64,000 bases of DNA, from contig NC_058133.1 in NCBI RefSeq assembly GCF_016433145.1, forward strand, positions 252,551,881 to 252,615,880, given 5' to 3'. Origin of the DNA: Gracilinanus agilis. Its lineage: Eukaryota. Below the pieces are notes generated by a model that searched no databases, was not told the origin of the DNA, and saw nothing but the letters and a program-made list of their open reading frames with translations. The position numbers were made by a program, and so were the translations under genes. Positions 62,701 through 64,000 of the stretch are shown here, piece by piece (position 1 is the stretch's first letter; each line of letters opens with the position of its first letter).

Positions 62701-64000
62701 TCTTCCTTAGGAGAAAATCTAGCTTCAGCAAAAAGTATCCCAAGAACCATGAATCCCTGGCCAGGCATACACTGGGGTTTTGGAGTGGCAGCTGTTTTAG
62801 AAGGGAGTGGCAGTGAAGGAAAAGATGCCAAAGTGAATAAAGAGAGTTCTAAGTGTGTTAGTTTAAGTGAGTCTGATCAAACAAGATATTCCTAGGGCTC
62901 CTTGGCAAGAACTGTTTAGCCTCTGGTGTCCATAAAACAGAACACACTGTTAAGAGAATATAGAGAACACCATACAAATACATTATTCAGCTCCAAAAAT
63001 AAGGCTTAGTTAGAAAACCCAAATTCCAAGATTTAGACAACCTGAATTAGGGTAGTCTTTTCTGAACCTGTTGTTCCCCACCTCCACAAATTATCATAAA
63101 TCATATCTCAAATGCCTTTCTCTTCCTTCTTGTTAAAATCTTTCTTTTCCTACTAGCTTAAGCTCAGAAGGCACCTTTCCTCCCCGAAGCCTTCCTTCGC
63201 AGACCCTCACCTCCACCCTTCCCTCCAGACCAACAAATCTCCCCACTTCCCAGGACAGTTCTTGACCCCACCTTCCTCAAGTATTCATTCCCTCCTTATA
63301 TTTTCTCAGAACATTTTGCCCTCTCTCTCCTTTATCCCTCCCATTATGCTTATTTGTATACAGCCTTATCCACCCAAATAAATAATCTCCAGGAGGCCAG
63401 GGATCTTTGCAGCCCTAGGACCTAATCACTGCCTGGTCCACAGCAGGCACTAGATAAATGTTTACTGAATTTAATTGGTAGGATAGATAACTGACTTCCT
63501 TGAAAGAATAGAAAACAGCAAAAGCCCCAACTTTCAGAAAAAGAGAAAAGAACAGAATCTGTGAACCAGAGGCCACTGAATTTTTCAATTTCTGCTAAAA
63601 TTCTAAGACAGTTGGTGAATACCTAGTAAAGGAAGTGGAGATTACAAAGATTCAGTATAGCTTCATCAAGAACAAGTCATGCAAAACTAATGTAATTTCA
63701 TTCATTGACAGAGTTAATTGTCAACTGACTGGGTAGCTCAAGGGAGTCCTAGAGTTTTTAGTTTAACTAGATTTTAGCAAAACATTTAATAAAGTATGCC
63801 ATACTATTCCAGAAAAGTCAGAGGTGCAAATTAGATGACAATAAAATCAGAAGGACTTGGAAGTAACTGAATGGTTGGTCTCAAAAAGCAATTGTTAATA
63901 ATAATACTCGCATTTATAAAGCTCTTTAAGATTTGCAAAACACCTTACAAATACTGTCGTTTTATCTTCACAATTCTGGGAGGTAGTTGCTATTATTATT

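Noticed and set aside
1-64000. CRISPR arrays, rRNA genes or prokaryotic operons
   Set aside because: The window is intron-containing mammalian DNA; the recurring sequences are dispersed SINEs, not spacer arrays.

Overview
Eukaryotic vertebrate DNA, very likely a didelphid marsupial (opossum-type SINE1, MAR1, L1, L2 and LTR repeats). It corresponds to the human 7q22.1 / mouse chr5 block. I assembled exon-by-exon gene models by hand. LRCH4 (+, 18 exons, 666 aa) has a second alternative last exon. SAP25 (+, 6 coding exons) follows, then an intact IRS3 (-, 2 exons, about 599 aa; a pseudogene in human). AGFG2 exons 2-12 (-) occupy the second half, with exon 1 beyond the window. The main discovery lies between IRS3 and AGFG2: an intact 3-exon gene (minus strand, 20493-21854) for a compact 195-aa RHBDD1/RHBDL4-like rhomboid intramembrane serine protease. 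It keeps both catalytic motifs (GFSG, GHLAG) but has no C-terminal tail. To my knowledge human and mouse have no such gene here. Its neighbourhood mirrors IRS1-RHBDD1-AGFG1 on human 2q36, which suggests a whole-genome-duplication paralog lost in eutherians. The supplied ORF track allows bacterial start codons and ignores splicing, so most of its short ORFs are noise. Family assignments come from recalled reference proteins, not database searches.
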